DNA of 64,000 nt from Octopus bimaculoides. Lineage: Eukaryota. The position numbers and the translations under genes were made by a program. Location of the stretch: positions 116,379,369-116,443,368 of the forward strand of contig NC_068985.1 of NCBI RefSeq assembly GCF_001194135.2, given 5' to 3'. The notes beneath the pieces are model-generated. The model was not told where the DNA came from and did not search any database. It was given only the letters and a program-made list of their open reading frames with translations. Below, in pieces: positions 39,330 through 51,962 of this stretch; within the stretch, counting starts at the first letter, position 1, and each line of letters starts with the position of its first letter.

Positions 39330-39650
39330 TCTCTTCAGTTTCTTGGGTATATATTTTTCTTTTATTATTCCATGTTATGTATATATTTTTTTCTAGAAAA
39401 TTCCTGTCTGTGTCTGTTTTACATATTTGCTGTGTTTTGTTGTAATCATGTGTTTTCGCGTAAGTTTTGTTAGGTACATATGAAAGTATATGTGGTAGTA
39501 AGAATGTCTATCCGATGTTCTGTGTATGAGTTTTGTGTTTTTCGCGTTATCATCATTAGATTTGCAGTAAAACGTTGTTATATATGTTTAGTTGTTTACA
39601 ATATACTCTACAATTTTTTTATAATGGTTGTTGTTTAAATTTAAGTTTAT
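39330..39650 (-). mobile_element. Possible highly decayed Penelope-like RT fragment
   Basis: Weak frame-broken FNNNHY, ANLMM and ITWNN resemblances only. Confidence 0.2.
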
Positions 39651-40427
39651 TTTCAGCATTTTTTGTGCATATATGAATATATGTAGCTACAAAGGTAGAT
39701 GATTACATATGCTCATCCACACATTATGTGTTTGTGTTCGTGTCCCTATCTGGGTGTCTGTGTGTCTGTGCGCATATCATGGCATTTTAGTGGGTGCGGA
39801 TAAGCGTACATATCTGAATGTATATGCGTCTGGCTATGTTATTACTTTTCAAACCAAATGATATTTACACTCTCAAAAGGTTCAGTTTTTGATACTTGAA
39901 ATTTACGTGGCAATTCAATTTATGTATTATTTTAGAAATTCATTAGATTGTATATACATAGATACACACAAACACACACACACACATATATATAAATATA
40001 TATATANNNNNNNNNNNNNNNNNNNNNNNNNNNNNNNNNNNNNNNNNNNNNNNNNNNNNNNNNNNNNNNNNNNNNNNNNNNNNNNNNNNNNNNNNNNNNN
40101 NNNNNNNNNNNNNNNNNNNNNNNNNNNNNNNNNNNNNNNNNNNNNNNNNNNNNNNNNNNNNNNNNNNNNNNNNNNNNNNNNNNNNNNNNNNNNNNNNNNN
40201 NNNNNNNNNNNNNNNNNNNNNNNNNNNNNNNNNNNNNNNNNNNNNNNNNNNNNNNNNNNNNNNNNNNNNNNNNNNNNNNNNNNNNNNNNNNNNNNNNNNN
40301 NNNNNNNNNNNNNNNNNNNNNNNNNNNNNNNNNNNNNNNNNNNNNCATTCAGGTATATGTATATATATATATACTTTAATTTATCAAATTATATTACAAT
40401 ATATTATATCTCATATATATATATATA

Positions 40428-41000
40428 CAAGGTGGCCAAAAAGTATCTGATCATATTTAATTTTTAATAACTCCCTTATTTTTACAAATAGGTTATGGAA
40501 TTTTAATTTAATATAGAGGAGATAATGGAGATTAATTTGCATTAGTTCTTTTTCAACATACCTCTGAATTACGTATGAAAAATGGCATCTTTTAAATGGC
40601 ATCTATTTTCCGCTTCACACATCCGTGTCCTTTCCAAAATATTTTGTTTGGCAGCTGTAAGGGTTTCTGGTTTCAGTTCCCATATTTCTCTAGTGATATT
40701 CTCTAGTGATTTCTCTAGTGATATTCTCTTTCAATTGTTCCAGGGTTTTCTGATTTGTGGGCATAAACCTACTCATTGCAGTGCTCCCATTGGTCAGGGC
40801 TGGTCATGTCTGGGGAACGCGATGGCCTGTTAACTTCGCAGTAGCGAGAGGTGGTTCTTTCTCCAAAATATTGCTCCAACAACTGTATTGTCTCTCTTGC
40901 GGTATAAGCGGTTGCCCCATCTGGCTGGGACGCTATATCGGGACTATTTTGAATGGCCGGACGCAAAACGTTCCGGCAGAATTATTTTGTTATTGACAGT
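40428..41000 (-). mobile_element. 3' half of a Tc1/mariner transposon, DD41D (rosa-type)
   Basis: QPDGATAYTARETIQLLEQYFGERTTSRYCEVNRPSRSPDMTSPD has 41 residues between the 2nd and 3rd Asp; TIR TA-CAAGGTGGCCAAAAAGT at 40426; internal ~13-bp triplication at 40686-40728. Confidence 0.85.
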
Positions 41001-41259
41001 CTTTGTCTTCTTCCCTTTTAAGCCCTCTTATCAGTGTATGTGTGTGCTTGTGATATGTTTGTTTATTTTTTTATGGTGTCTATACATTTAAATTGTATAT
41101 ATCATTGTAAACATCAATGTATAGCAATCATTGAACATATAGATATATAGAAGGGAACTTCGTGAGATTTTAAATCCGAAATTCATGTTTTCTCTCTGGT
41201 GAGCGATAGATGTCATTCAACAAGCACAATGTATATTTTTATGAGCTACTATTAGTTTC

Positions 41260-41850
41260 ATGCACAGACAGCGTTCTTTAAAACTTCTCGTCACACAATC
41301 CTCAAACTGTGCCCACACGGCATAACAATCTATAAATAGGACGTACCTAGCTAAAGTAAAGCCAGTAAGAGGTCTAGCCAAATATGGGTTTTTAAATCTA
41401 ATGCCACACCACAGAATAAAGTGGAAAATTGTTGAAAGTCTACAGCATACGTCAATAGATCAAAAAAATGTAAACTATGCGTAGATGAATGAACACAGAT
41501 CCTTTACAGACCAAAGAACGCTACTGCACTGCTGAATTCCAGATCTGAAATTTTCAGCGGTTGTAAACAAATGGATATCTTCCGGTTGGCGAATTGGAAA
41601 GTACCACCCTCTCCGAATTAATCAGTTCTACCGCAAACCCTAGGCCGTTCAAACTTTTAGCCTTATTAATTTATGGTCAAAGGGGGTATAACTCCATTTT
41701 CAGGACTTTTGCTTCTCTCTGCTTCTGTTTTCATTTACCGGATTTTCAACCATCCACCATTTACATCTTCTTTCTCTGTTTTTCTCCTTTTTTTTACTCT
41801 CATCCTCTCGTCCTCTTTTAAGATTCTTATACCAAATGGGTGCTGCCAAA
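41260..41850 (+). mobile_element. Penelope-like element 3' fragment (endonuclease C-terminus plus probable UTR)
   Basis: SQIWVFKSNATP / RIKWKIV / AYVNRSKKCKLCVDE*TQIL...LLNSRSEIFSGC...LANWKVPP (41450-41609 in one frame). Confidence 0.75.
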
Positions 41851-41945
41851 AGATTATGTGAAGAGACCAGACGTGTTAAAAAAATGCTGTTTGATCTGTT
41901 TTCACCGCATGAAACTATCAGTAGCTCATAAAAAAAAATATTATG

Positions 41946-41986
<41 letters not shown>

Positions 41987-42240
41987 TCGTCAAACTTATA
42001 TCTATCTATCTATCTATCTATCNNNNNNNNNNNNNNNNNNNNNNNNNNNNNNNNNNNNNNNNNNNNNNNNNNNNNNNNNNNNNNNNNNNNNNNNNNNNNN
42101 NNNNNNNNNNNNNNNNNNNNNNNNNNNNNNNNNNNNNNNNNNNNNNNNNNNNNNNNNNNNNNNNNNNNNNNNNNNNNNNNNNNNNNNNNNNNNNNNNNNN
42201 NNNNNNNNNNNNNNNNNNNNNNNNNNNNNNNNNNNNNNNN

Positions 42241-42274
<34 letters not shown>

Positions 42275-42289
42275 ACATTTAATTGCTTA

Positions 42290-42446
42290 ACTCATTAAAA
42301 TATAGCCAAGCTGGAGCTTCACCTTGAACAATTTTGGTCGAGCGAATCGATATAAGCTTCTGTACTTATTCTATCGGTTTTTATGCCGAACCGCTAACAT
42401 TCATGGACGAAAACAAACCGGTGGTGTGCGACAAACACAATGACAA

Positions 42447-42480
<34 letters not shown>

Positions 42481-42652
42481 GTGTGAGAGTTTGTATACGA
42501 CAAATGTCTTTGCGTTTTCGTCTAACGTATCTAATCATAAGGCTTTAATATCCCAGGCTACAGTAGAAAACACGTACCCAAATATCCACGCAGTGGAACT
42601 GAAACCGTAGGGATTAGGAAACAAACTTCTTACCACACCGCCACGCCTGCAT
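42290..42652 (-). mobile_element. Bipartite SINE: family B head + (CA)n linker + family E tail
   Basis: Head 42652-42490, microsatellite ~42445-42490, tail with TTATTCTATCGGT...GCCGAACCGCTAA. Confidence 0.75.
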
Positions 42653-42889
42653 AGATTCAATAAAACTTATTTTGTATGCTATTTAGTACATTTCTTCTTC
42701 CGTTCTTCTATTTAACGCCACTGGCCACTCAATGTTATTTCTTTTTAGCTCATTTTTATTTTAATTACGCAAATGTCTCAAAATCATAGACGTTCACTTC
42801 TCTTTCATTATGAATCTAAACGTTATCTCTGATTGCATTATTGCATTCAAGTTAGAAAACCATTCAAAAACACATGCTTCATAAACATT

Positions 42890-42924
<35 letters not shown>

Positions 42925-42945
42925 GCCTATATATAAACACAAATT

Positions 42946-43024
<79 letters not shown>

Positions 43025-43320
43025 ATATGTATATGTATATATTCAGATATATANNNNNNNNNNNNNNNNNNNNNNNNNNNNNNNNNNNNNNNNNNNNNNN
43101 NNNNNNNNNNNNNNNNNNNNNNNNNNNNNNNNNNNNNNNNNNNNNNNNNNNNNNNNNNNNNNNNNNNNNNNNNNNNNNNNNNNNNNNNNNNNNNNNNNNN
43201 NNNNNNNNGTTTTTTTAAAAACTGAGATAATATTAATATATATATATATATGTGTGTGTGCGTGTGTGTGTGTGTGTGTGTGTATGAATGTAATTTATAT
43301 TTGTGTGTATGTTTGCGTCT

Positions 43321-43697
43321 GAGGAGCAACGGCCCAGTGATTGGGGCAGCGGACTCACGGTCAAAGGATCACAGTTTCGATCCCCAGACGGGGCATTGTG
43401 AGAGTTTATTGAGTGAAAACACTTAAATCTCCATGAAGCTCCAGCAGGGGTTGGTGGTGAACCCTGCCGTACTCTTTCACAACAACTTTCTCTCACTGTT
43501 TCCTCCTGTTTCTGTTGTACCTGCATTTCAAAAGGTCAGCCTTTTCATACTCTGTATAACTCTCAAACCCTTCAAGAACTGCGCTAAGTCAACACATGTT
43601 AGTAGAGTGCTCAGCCACTTGAAAGTTAATTTCATGAAAAGGCTGTTTCGTTGATTGCATCAAATGGTACCCTCGTCGTCGTAACCGACGGAGTGCC
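43321..43697 (+). mobile_element. Family D SINE, second copy
   Basis: Colinear with 34929-35306. Confidence 0.9.
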
Positions 43698-43722
43698 GTG
43701 AATATATATATGTATGTATATT

Positions 43723-43757
<35 letters not shown>

Positions 43758-43888
43758 ATTATTTTTATTATAAAATCTGGTAATTAGTCATATATTAATT
43801 AATATCGAATAATTATCAGGAGGCCAGCATATCTAAAGAATCAAAGAGATTCAGAATTATTATCTGCAATCTCAGGGGATTAAGGTAC

Positions 43889-44387
43889 ATTTAAAAAAAA
43901 TAACGTCGACCACTAACGTGGACAGTTAATGCGTTAGAAATAGATCACATCTTGTGTCTATTAAGACCTAAATTGTTCTCAACATGAAATATAGCACCAT
44001 ACCAAAAAACGTGAGCGGGCAAGACATTTAAAATCACCTAAAAAAGCATTATTAAANNNNNNNNNNNNNNNNNNNNNNNNNNNNNNNNNNNNNNNNNNNN
44101 NNNNNNNNNNNNNNNNNNNNNNNNNNNNNNNNNNNNNNNNNNNNNNNNNNNNNNNNNNNNNNNNNNNNNNNNNNNNNNNNNNNNNNNNTGGTAAGAATTT
44201 GTTAAATCCGAAACTAGTTCCTGTTTAATAATGCTTTTTTAGGTGATTTTAAATGTCTTGCCCGCTCACGTTTTTGGTATGCTGCTATATTTCATGTTGA
44301 GAACAATTTAGGTCTTAATAGACACAAGATGTGATCTATTTCTAGCGCATTAACTGTCCACGTTAGTGGTCGACGTTATTTTTAAAT
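43889..44387. repeat. Near-perfect ~165-bp inverted repeat straddling an N gap
   Basis: 43889-44056 matches the reverse complement of 44224-44387 with only a few differences. Confidence 0.9.
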
Positions 44388-44413
44388 ATATATATATATA
44401 TATATATACATAT

Positions 44414-44518
<105 letters not shown>

Positions 44519-45124
44519 GCAAAAGAAAATGGAGGGGATACAAAAGTGACATACATCAGCCGGTATACATTCAACTATGTCTATTTATTTTAAAACATAA
44601 GGAAGTATTATAAGAATACATACACATGCAAAGACTCTGTGCAACACAAATATGTACTAATAATACATAAAAAAAGTAAAAGAATATAAGATTAAAAGAT
44701 CAGTTCCTTACGGCCATTTCTGCGAAGAGACTACAATATCCACCATGCTAATTCCATCTCTTCAGCTTTTTGTAGGGATTGGTAGATAAAGTTTGGATGT
44801 TGAGTGTGCCTCTTGGTTTCTTCAGAGGGTTAGGAAAGCCGATACATACGAGAGTCAGATACCAATAGATAGAGTATTATTTTCTTATAGAAGAATAGGA
44901 GCAAAAGTTAGAGTGCAAGTAGAGTAAAACTGAGTAAAATGGATTAGGTATAGGAAAGGGAAATAAGTCATAGATTGGGTACATTACCAGCAGTGTATTA
45001 GATAGATACTAACCCTTAGTTGGTTGACTTCCCAACATCTAGCTCTCACGGAGATATGTGTGTGTGTGTGCGTGTGTGTGTGTATGTGTGTGTGTATGTA
45101 TATATATAGGATGTATATAAATAT

Positions 45125-45192
<68 letters not shown>

Positions 45193-45224
45193 TGTGCGTG
45201 AATGGTGAATGTGTGTGTGTGTGT

Positions 45225-45415
45225 TTGTGTTTGTCTCCACCATCTCTGTTGTTTTGTTTATGTCACCGTTACTAAATGGTTCGGCAAAAAGTGACCGATA
45301 AAACGAGTAAAATGTAAATAAAACAAGTAATGCGGTCGATATCTTTCTAATTAAACTCTTCTAGGTGTTGCCCCAACATGTCCGCAAATTAATGACGGAA
45401 ACAAGTAAAAGGAAC
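45225..45415 (+). mobile_element. Family E SINE tail after a (TG)n array
   Basis: TTGTCTCCACCATC...GGTTCGGCAAAAAGTGACCGATA...GACGGAAACAAGTAAAAG. Confidence 0.7.
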
Positions 45416-46229
45416 GTTAAAATATGTAATCAGTAGATGAATCTAACGACTTTTGATGGATTAGAAACATTTACGCTGAAAACTGGAAACTGTGTAATCC
45501 TGGTCCCCCTGTGCATTCATCTAAATGGACTCCCCTGTGCATTTCACTTTTATTTAGTCGCTCACCATTTCTACTTTTCTCTCCTCTCTTCGTACTCTTT
45601 TTTCCCCATCTCATTTCAATTATTCTTCCTTCCTTTTCCTTCTATCTCTTTATTTGTTTTTGAAGTTCGCCATTGATCCACTCGTTTTGTGTTGATTTTT
45701 GTTCTCTTTCTAATATCCATTCTCACTTTCTCTACGTACGTTTTTTTTTCATTCCGTCTATCTTATTTCACTTCATTCTTCACTTTTATATTTCCTTGTC
45801 TTCTTTTTCTCTCCTTTGTTATTCTAGACATATACAATCGTACATGGAACACTATTCCCTAGCAGGAATGTTCGGCGAATTTCTGGAATAATTTGTTCAA
45901 ATATATCACGCTTATAGTAACTGTGACAATCAAGAACGTTTAACGCTAAGAGTTCATACGTGATTCAAATAATGCACATAGCTTAAGTATCAACATGATC
46001 AAGTAAGTTGATGGTGTCTTTGTTGTTTAGCGCCATCTTAACCTAAAATGGACGTATTTATGAGTAAAAACCATTCCGTCATTCATTTTAAGATTAGTTA
46101 TCTTCGACAAAATAATCTAAATCAGCCTTCCCTTTCATAAAACAAAAATCAATTCATCAGCTATATTCCGAACGTTTAGCGACCACGTAAGCTTTTTCTC
46201 ACTTGCTCCACAATGCAGTAAGAACATTT

Positions 46230-46800
46230 AATGATATGTATATTGTAGCGAGTTGGAAAAATCGTTACCACGCCGGGCAAGACCTTAGCGGGCTTTCATC
46301 AGTCTTTGCGTTCTCAGTTCAAATTCTGCTGAGGCCGATTTGCGTTTCATTCTTTCAGAGACGTCAAAATAAGTACCAGTTGAACACTGGGACCGACATA
46401 ATCAAGTTAGCTCTCCTCCAAACCTACTGGTCTTCTGCTAAAACTAATTTGTATAAGCCGGCAAGCTGGCAGAATCATTAGCGGCATTTCGTTTGTTTTT
46501 ACGTTCTGAGTTCAAATTCCGGTGGTATTCACATTAGATTTTATCCTTTCGGGATCGATAAAATATGTACAAATTGAGCACTGGTGGCGATGTAATCGAA
46601 TATTCCCCCCACCCCCGAAATTGCTGGTCTTGTACCAAAACTTAAAATCAATATGTATATAATATTCTCCCTACTCTAGGTTCAAGTCCTGAAATTTTGG
46701 ATGTGATATGCCGATTACAATGTCCCAAGTGCTCAATTAGTACTTATTTTTTTTGACCCCGAAAGATGAAAGGCTCAGTCGACTCAGACGGTAAAACCAG
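46230..46800. mobile_element. Three family A SINE pieces (+ 46230-46450, + 46455-46655, - 46670-46800)
   Basis: GTTCAAATTC B boxes and core motifs. Confidence 0.75.
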
Positions 46801-47169
46801 AAGAAAAGCGACGATGCATTCGAATCTGCCAGTTCTAGAAACTTATTATGTATAGATTAAACAAATTAAGTTAATGTTAAAAATCAACAGAAAATAGTAA
46901 ATGAGGTGTTTGATGTTCAAACAAGTAACATTAAATATGGAAGTGAAACTGTATGCACAGACATTATATTCATTTGACACACGTGCGCGCATATATATAT
47001 ATATGTGTGTGTGCGTGTGTATGTGTGTGCGTGTGTGCGCATGTATGTGTGTGCGTGTGTGCGTGTGTGTGTAATCAAAGCAAAATAAACAAACATTAAA
47101 AATAGCAATAACAAACCAAAGGACGTGCACATGTATATTATTAGTTTGACGATGCGTTAAAAGAGAGAG

Positions 47170-47205
47170 CTTTTGAGGTTTCGAGTGTAGCTCTTCGTCG
47201 GTGAG
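47170..47205 (-). ncRNA. Degenerate minimal hammerhead motif
   Basis: Minus strand CCGACGAA-GAG-CTACA-CTC-GAAAC; stem II intact, U4 changed to C, stem III palindrome broken. Confidence 0.45.
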
Positions 47206-47304
47206 GAAAAAAGGGAAAAGAGGAAATTCTAAAGTACGAAAAACAAAATCACCAACAGCATGTGTGTAGTTACAAACATATGTATATACATACACACGCA
47301 CCCG

Positions 47305-47480
47305 ATAAGTTTCCACATAGTTTCCTCGAACCAAATTCTGTCCCAAGCCTTTTTTTTTTCAGACTAGGGTTCCATTAGAAGACACTTGCTCTGGAGCAAG
47401 TGTCTTCTATGCAGCGCAGTGGAACCAAACCCGAAAGCACGTGGTTGTAAAGCAGGCTTCTTACTTTCAACAGCCATGCA
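47305..47480 (-). mobile_element. Family B SINE head with internal inverted micro-duplication
   Basis: TAGAAGACACTTGC...GCAGTGGAACCAAACCCG...GCTTCTTAC. Confidence 0.7.
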
Positions 47481-47518
47481 TGAGCATATATAAGAGACGT
47501 CTTTTATAATATATCTTA

Positions 47519-47617
47519 TAGATGTTTCCGATCTAGTTTGGATTCTTTGCCTTCAAATTTGATGGCACGGAATTCAAATTTGATGGTAAAGAATCCAAAT
47601 TAGATCGAAAACATCTG
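47519..47617. mobile_element. ~100-bp hairpin MITE with TA flanks
   Basis: AGATGTTTCCGATCTAGTTTGGATTCTTTGCCTTCAAATTT / AAATTTGATGGTAAAGAATCCAAATTAGATCGAAAACATCT. Confidence 0.8.
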
Positions 47618-47629
47618 TATTTTAATCAT

Positions 47630-47828
47630 TAGATTGCGGCTCTGAGAGAGCACCGCCTTCAGGAATTTTAATTGAAATAATCGACCTCAATACATTTTTT
47701 CTTTTTAAACCTGATCCTTATTCTATCAATATTTTTTGCCGAATTGCTATGTCACGCGGAAATAAACACACCAATGCCGGTTGTCAAGTGGTGGTGGGTG
47801 ACAAACGTAGAGACAGATACACACAGAG

Positions 47829-47887
<59 letters not shown>

Positions 47888-48080
47888 CGTGCGCGTGTGA
47901 GTGTGTGTGCGTGTGCGTGTTCGACATGCTTCTTTCAGTTTCCGTCTACCAAATCCACTCAGAAGAGTTTAATCGGCCCGAAACTATAGTAGAAACCCTC
48001 GCCAAGATGTCACTCAGTGAGACTGAACCGAGAATCTTGTGCTTGGGAAGCAAGCTTCTTACAGTATAGCCACGCTTCTA
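47630..48080 (-). mobile_element. Bipartite SINE (B head, (TG)n linker, E tail)
   Basis: Head 48080-47921, microsatellite ~47825-47915, tail 47630-47820. Confidence 0.8.
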
Positions 48081-48629
48081 CCTCTATGGTATGCATCAAT
48101 GTAAATATGTATGTATGTATGTAGGTAGGTAGATAGGTAGGTACGTACGTACGTACGTAAAAAGAGACAAGCAGAGAATCTCACAATAATATCTGCTAGG
48201 AATCAAAAGTCTTGTGAAAAGCCAGAAAAAGATAAGAAACAAAGACAGATTTGGGTGTGGCAGCGTCAAATGAGAGGCAGTTGAAATCCGATGGAAATTG
48301 CATAATGAAACTAGGCGTATTACTGTAACAGCAGCTGCAGAATTTCCGAAAAATTCTTTCGCGGATTCTTCAATAATCTACCAATATATTGAGAAAATTA
48401 CGTTTATATTGTGTTTGAAATGTAAATCTCATCACACAATGGTTTATTCGTCAAATAGTTTAGAAAAGGCTCCAACAAGTAAGCCATTTTGAATTACATT
48501 ATATATATATATGTATATGTTTATACATGTATTTAAATGTGGTTACATGGGTACATATGTGCGTGTATGTGTGTGTGTTTGTGTGTATGTATGTATGTAT
48601 GTATATATGTATTAATGTATTCTTCTTTT

Positions 48630-48885
48630 ATTGTTTTACTTGTTTCACTCATTTGACTGCGGCACATGCTGGAATACCGCCTTTAGCCGTACAAATCGAC
48701 CCCAGGACTTATTTTTTGTAAGCCTAAAACTTATTCTATCCATCTCTTTTTGCTAAACCGCTACATTAAGGGGACGTAAACATGCCAACACCGGTTATCA
48801 AGCAATGGAGGAGCAACAAACACAGACAAACATATACACACAAATACACACACACTTATCTCTCTCTCGCTCTCTCTCTCACACA

Positions 48886-48927
<42 letters not shown>

Positions 48928-49094
48928 TATATATATATGACGGGCTGCTACTTTCAGTTTCTGTCCATCAAATTCACTCAAATGCCTTTGGTGGGTCCGA
49001 AGATGTAGCAAACGAAACTTGCCACACAGTGAAACTGAACCAGGAACCATGTGGTTGGAAAGCAAGCTTCTTACCATACAGCCACGCTTGCGCC
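48630..49094 (-). mobile_element. Bipartite SINE (B head, (CA)/(CT)n linker, E tail)
   Basis: Head 49094-48935, linker 48830-48935, tail ending CATTTGACTGCGGC...TGTTTC on the plus strand. Confidence 0.85.
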
Positions 49095-50009
49095 AATACA
49101 TACACGATGTTTGTCAACCCATAAACAAATGAAACCATCGATGATAAAGCAATGCTTGTGCAATAGTTTAGGTCCCATGAGGTTTGCATTGCACCTCACA
49201 TACCCTCTCTACCCTAGTGACTAGATCAGGAAACAAGCGGAAGCAAAATATCTAGTGCCAATATGGAACGTATATTCAGGAATTTGCGAGCGCCATGACC
49301 ATGGGCTCGAGCAAACGATCCTCAAAATACTCTATGCCATTCCTGGCCCATTCGGTTTTATAACAGTTTGGCCTTCTACTAGAGGTAAGCCAGAAGAAAA
49401 GCTGAGTTGCACTTTACTCTCTGTACACCATATCTGAGTTTTTGAGTGCCCGTGTAATGGCTAGATAGTCGTTGAACCTGAACTAGGCTCGTTGGAAATA
49501 CCGACAGGTCTTGTTTTTCGTCCACACGACACTGAACCAGATTGTATTAGATTGAATGATTCCAGTGGCACCCATGAGAGTCCTCACAAGAGGCCACATA
49601 TATATATTAATCAGACAACAGTCAAAAACTGATGTATGTATATGCATACAAGAAATACAGGAAGATACACACACAACGCCGTTTTACAAATGTTCTGCTG
49701 TATGATAAATAAAAGATACATGAAGGGTGTTCAGAAATGCCTCTTCTAAATACCATACTATTTCCTATCAACTTTTATTAAGCGCAACTGGCGAGAAGAA
49801 ATAAGTTATATATTTCATATGTTATTGGCGTTAATTCTTCGTTGGAAATCATACGTTTTCGACAAAACACCAAAAGAGTAAGTTCAGTGCCGATAAACAT
49901 ACTGAGATCGATATATATTTAAGTAAACTGATCCAAGGTGGTGCTGCAGCCAAATCGCAGGAGCTAAGTGGCGGAAAACTTGATGGGAGAGAAGATTATA
50001 TAAATATAA

Positions 50010-50190
50010 TTTTTATACTGGTTTCAAATTTTGACACAAGGCCAACAGGTTTGAGGGAGCGGTTTGATTACAGGTTTGATTACATCAACCCCAGTATTCA
50101 AATGGTACTTATTTTATCGATACCGAAAGGATAAAATGTAAAGTCGACCTCGGCGGCAATTGCATTTAGTACGTAAAGACGGACGAAACG
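50010..50190 (-). mobile_element. Family A SINE
   Basis: TTTATCGATACCGAAAGGATAAAATGTAAAGTCGACCTCGGCGG. Confidence 0.8.
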
Positions 50191-50591
50191 TCACCCTGCA
50201 TTGGGCGCGGCGTAACTTTGCATTTAATTATATATTGAAACGGATATCAGTTATCATGTATGTGTGTATAAGCTCTTATGTACGAGTGTGCGCGCGCTTG
50301 TGTTGTGTGTTTGGCAATATGAACAAAATATTACCGAAATGAAGTAGTGAGAATTAATTAAACATCAGTCAAAAACTTCATCAAAGACTAATCCCAGCTA
50401 AAATGAAAGATTCGGCGGTTGAGAGATATTGTTTCTCTAACTTGCTTTATTAATCTAAACTTCCAGATATCAATAACTGTACTACAACTTCATATCCTAC
50501 TAATGCTATTTCTACTGATAATAATAATCCTAATATTCTTCATGTGCCACCAGGTTCCAGCTTCTAGGAGAACCTACACACATATATCTGA

Positions 50592-50644
<53 letters not shown>

Positions 50645-50807
50645 TATATAAAGAGAGAGATTTATATGTTTGTATATGAATATATCTGTATATAAACGTG
50701 CACACGCGCAGACACACACTCACGCACACACACACATACACACAAGGGCACATATATAATACACGTTTCTAGTATTTTTATACATACACACACACACACA
50801 CATACAC

Positions 50808-50863
<56 letters not shown>

Positions 50864-51129
50864 TTCTTCATTAAACCACGTCTCTCTCTCTCGCTATGTT
50901 ATATATGTGCGTGTCTGTGCGTGTGTGTGTGTGTGTGTGCTTGGATGGATGGATACATGCATGCATGTATGGATATGCACGTATCAATGTATATAATATC
51001 AAAGAATGTTACTTTTTATATTACATTTATTCATTAGTTATGTAAGTTGCAACAATATGGCACATGTAAATTTTTCATGAATATATGTATGATCATATAT
51101 ATTAATGATTTTGTAATATTTCTGCATAT

Positions 51130-51335
51130 TAGGGCGTCGAACTGGTAGAATTGCTGACGCCCCGGATAAAATGCATAGCGCATTTCTTCCGACCTCATCA
51201 GTTCAAATGCTGTCGGGGTCGACTTTGCTTATAATCCTGTCGCAATCGATAAAATAAATACCAGCTGAACACATGTAATCCATGTACTTCTTCTTCTAAC
51301 ATTGCTGGCTTTGAGCCAAAATATGAAAATGATAT
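51130..51335 (+). mobile_element. Family A SINE
   Basis: GGCGTCGAACTGGTAGAAT head, GTTCAAATGC, GTCGACTTTGC core. Confidence 0.75.
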
Positions 51336-51434
51336 TGTAACATTTTGCATTCGATCATGCGTACCATATTACTAAGAATGAGTCTCGGATTTATCAATCA
51401 ATCCACTTTATCTGATGTGTGTGTGTGTGTGTGT

Positions 51435-51471
<37 letters not shown>

Positions 51472-51962
51472 TGGCTATGTGTTTGTTTGTGTGTACGCAC
51501 GGATGTGTTTATGCGTGTATATGTGTGTGCGTGTGTGTGTATGTGTGTGTGTGAACATATATATTCATTCTGCAACAATCCCCCCAATACCATATACATG
51601 TCTGTTTGCTTGACGCCAGTACTGAGATATTGCTTGGTACAATCTCTTGATGTATTTTCTTCCAACATGTTTTAGGTTGGTTTCGATTCTCAACTGACTT
51701 GGCATCTCCCTTTACGCTTGCTAAGTAAAGAGATACTCGGTACATCATGCGTAAATATTAAGGTTATGCGAAGCAACTAGATACCGCAATTGCACTGCTC
51801 TTCATCAAAAGAACAAGGTTGCTTCCTTATTTATTCAGCACTGATTTCATTCACTCCAGAAAGAGTTAAATTTGATTTCAGTATTTAAAGAATGTAATTT
51901 GATATGTAATCTACGGTATTTCACCTTGGTCATATTTTTGCCAATCTCGATCCTACTGTTTC

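Noticed and set aside
41490-41492. In-frame TGA in the PLE endonuclease as a possible selenocysteine
   Set aside because: It falls at the expected Lys of CxLCxxEK rather than at a Cys, in a frameshifted fossil; I noticed no SECIS.
44700-44775. CTGAAGA...GAAAT on the minus strand as another hammerhead
   Set aside because: The core itself pairs (GAAGAGA/TCTCTTC), there is no proper stem II and the GAAAC/stem III part is mutated.
46028-46040. TTAGCGCCATCTT as a CTCF/YY1-like site
   Set aside because: Only a partial match, and such a short motif is expected by chance in 64 kb.
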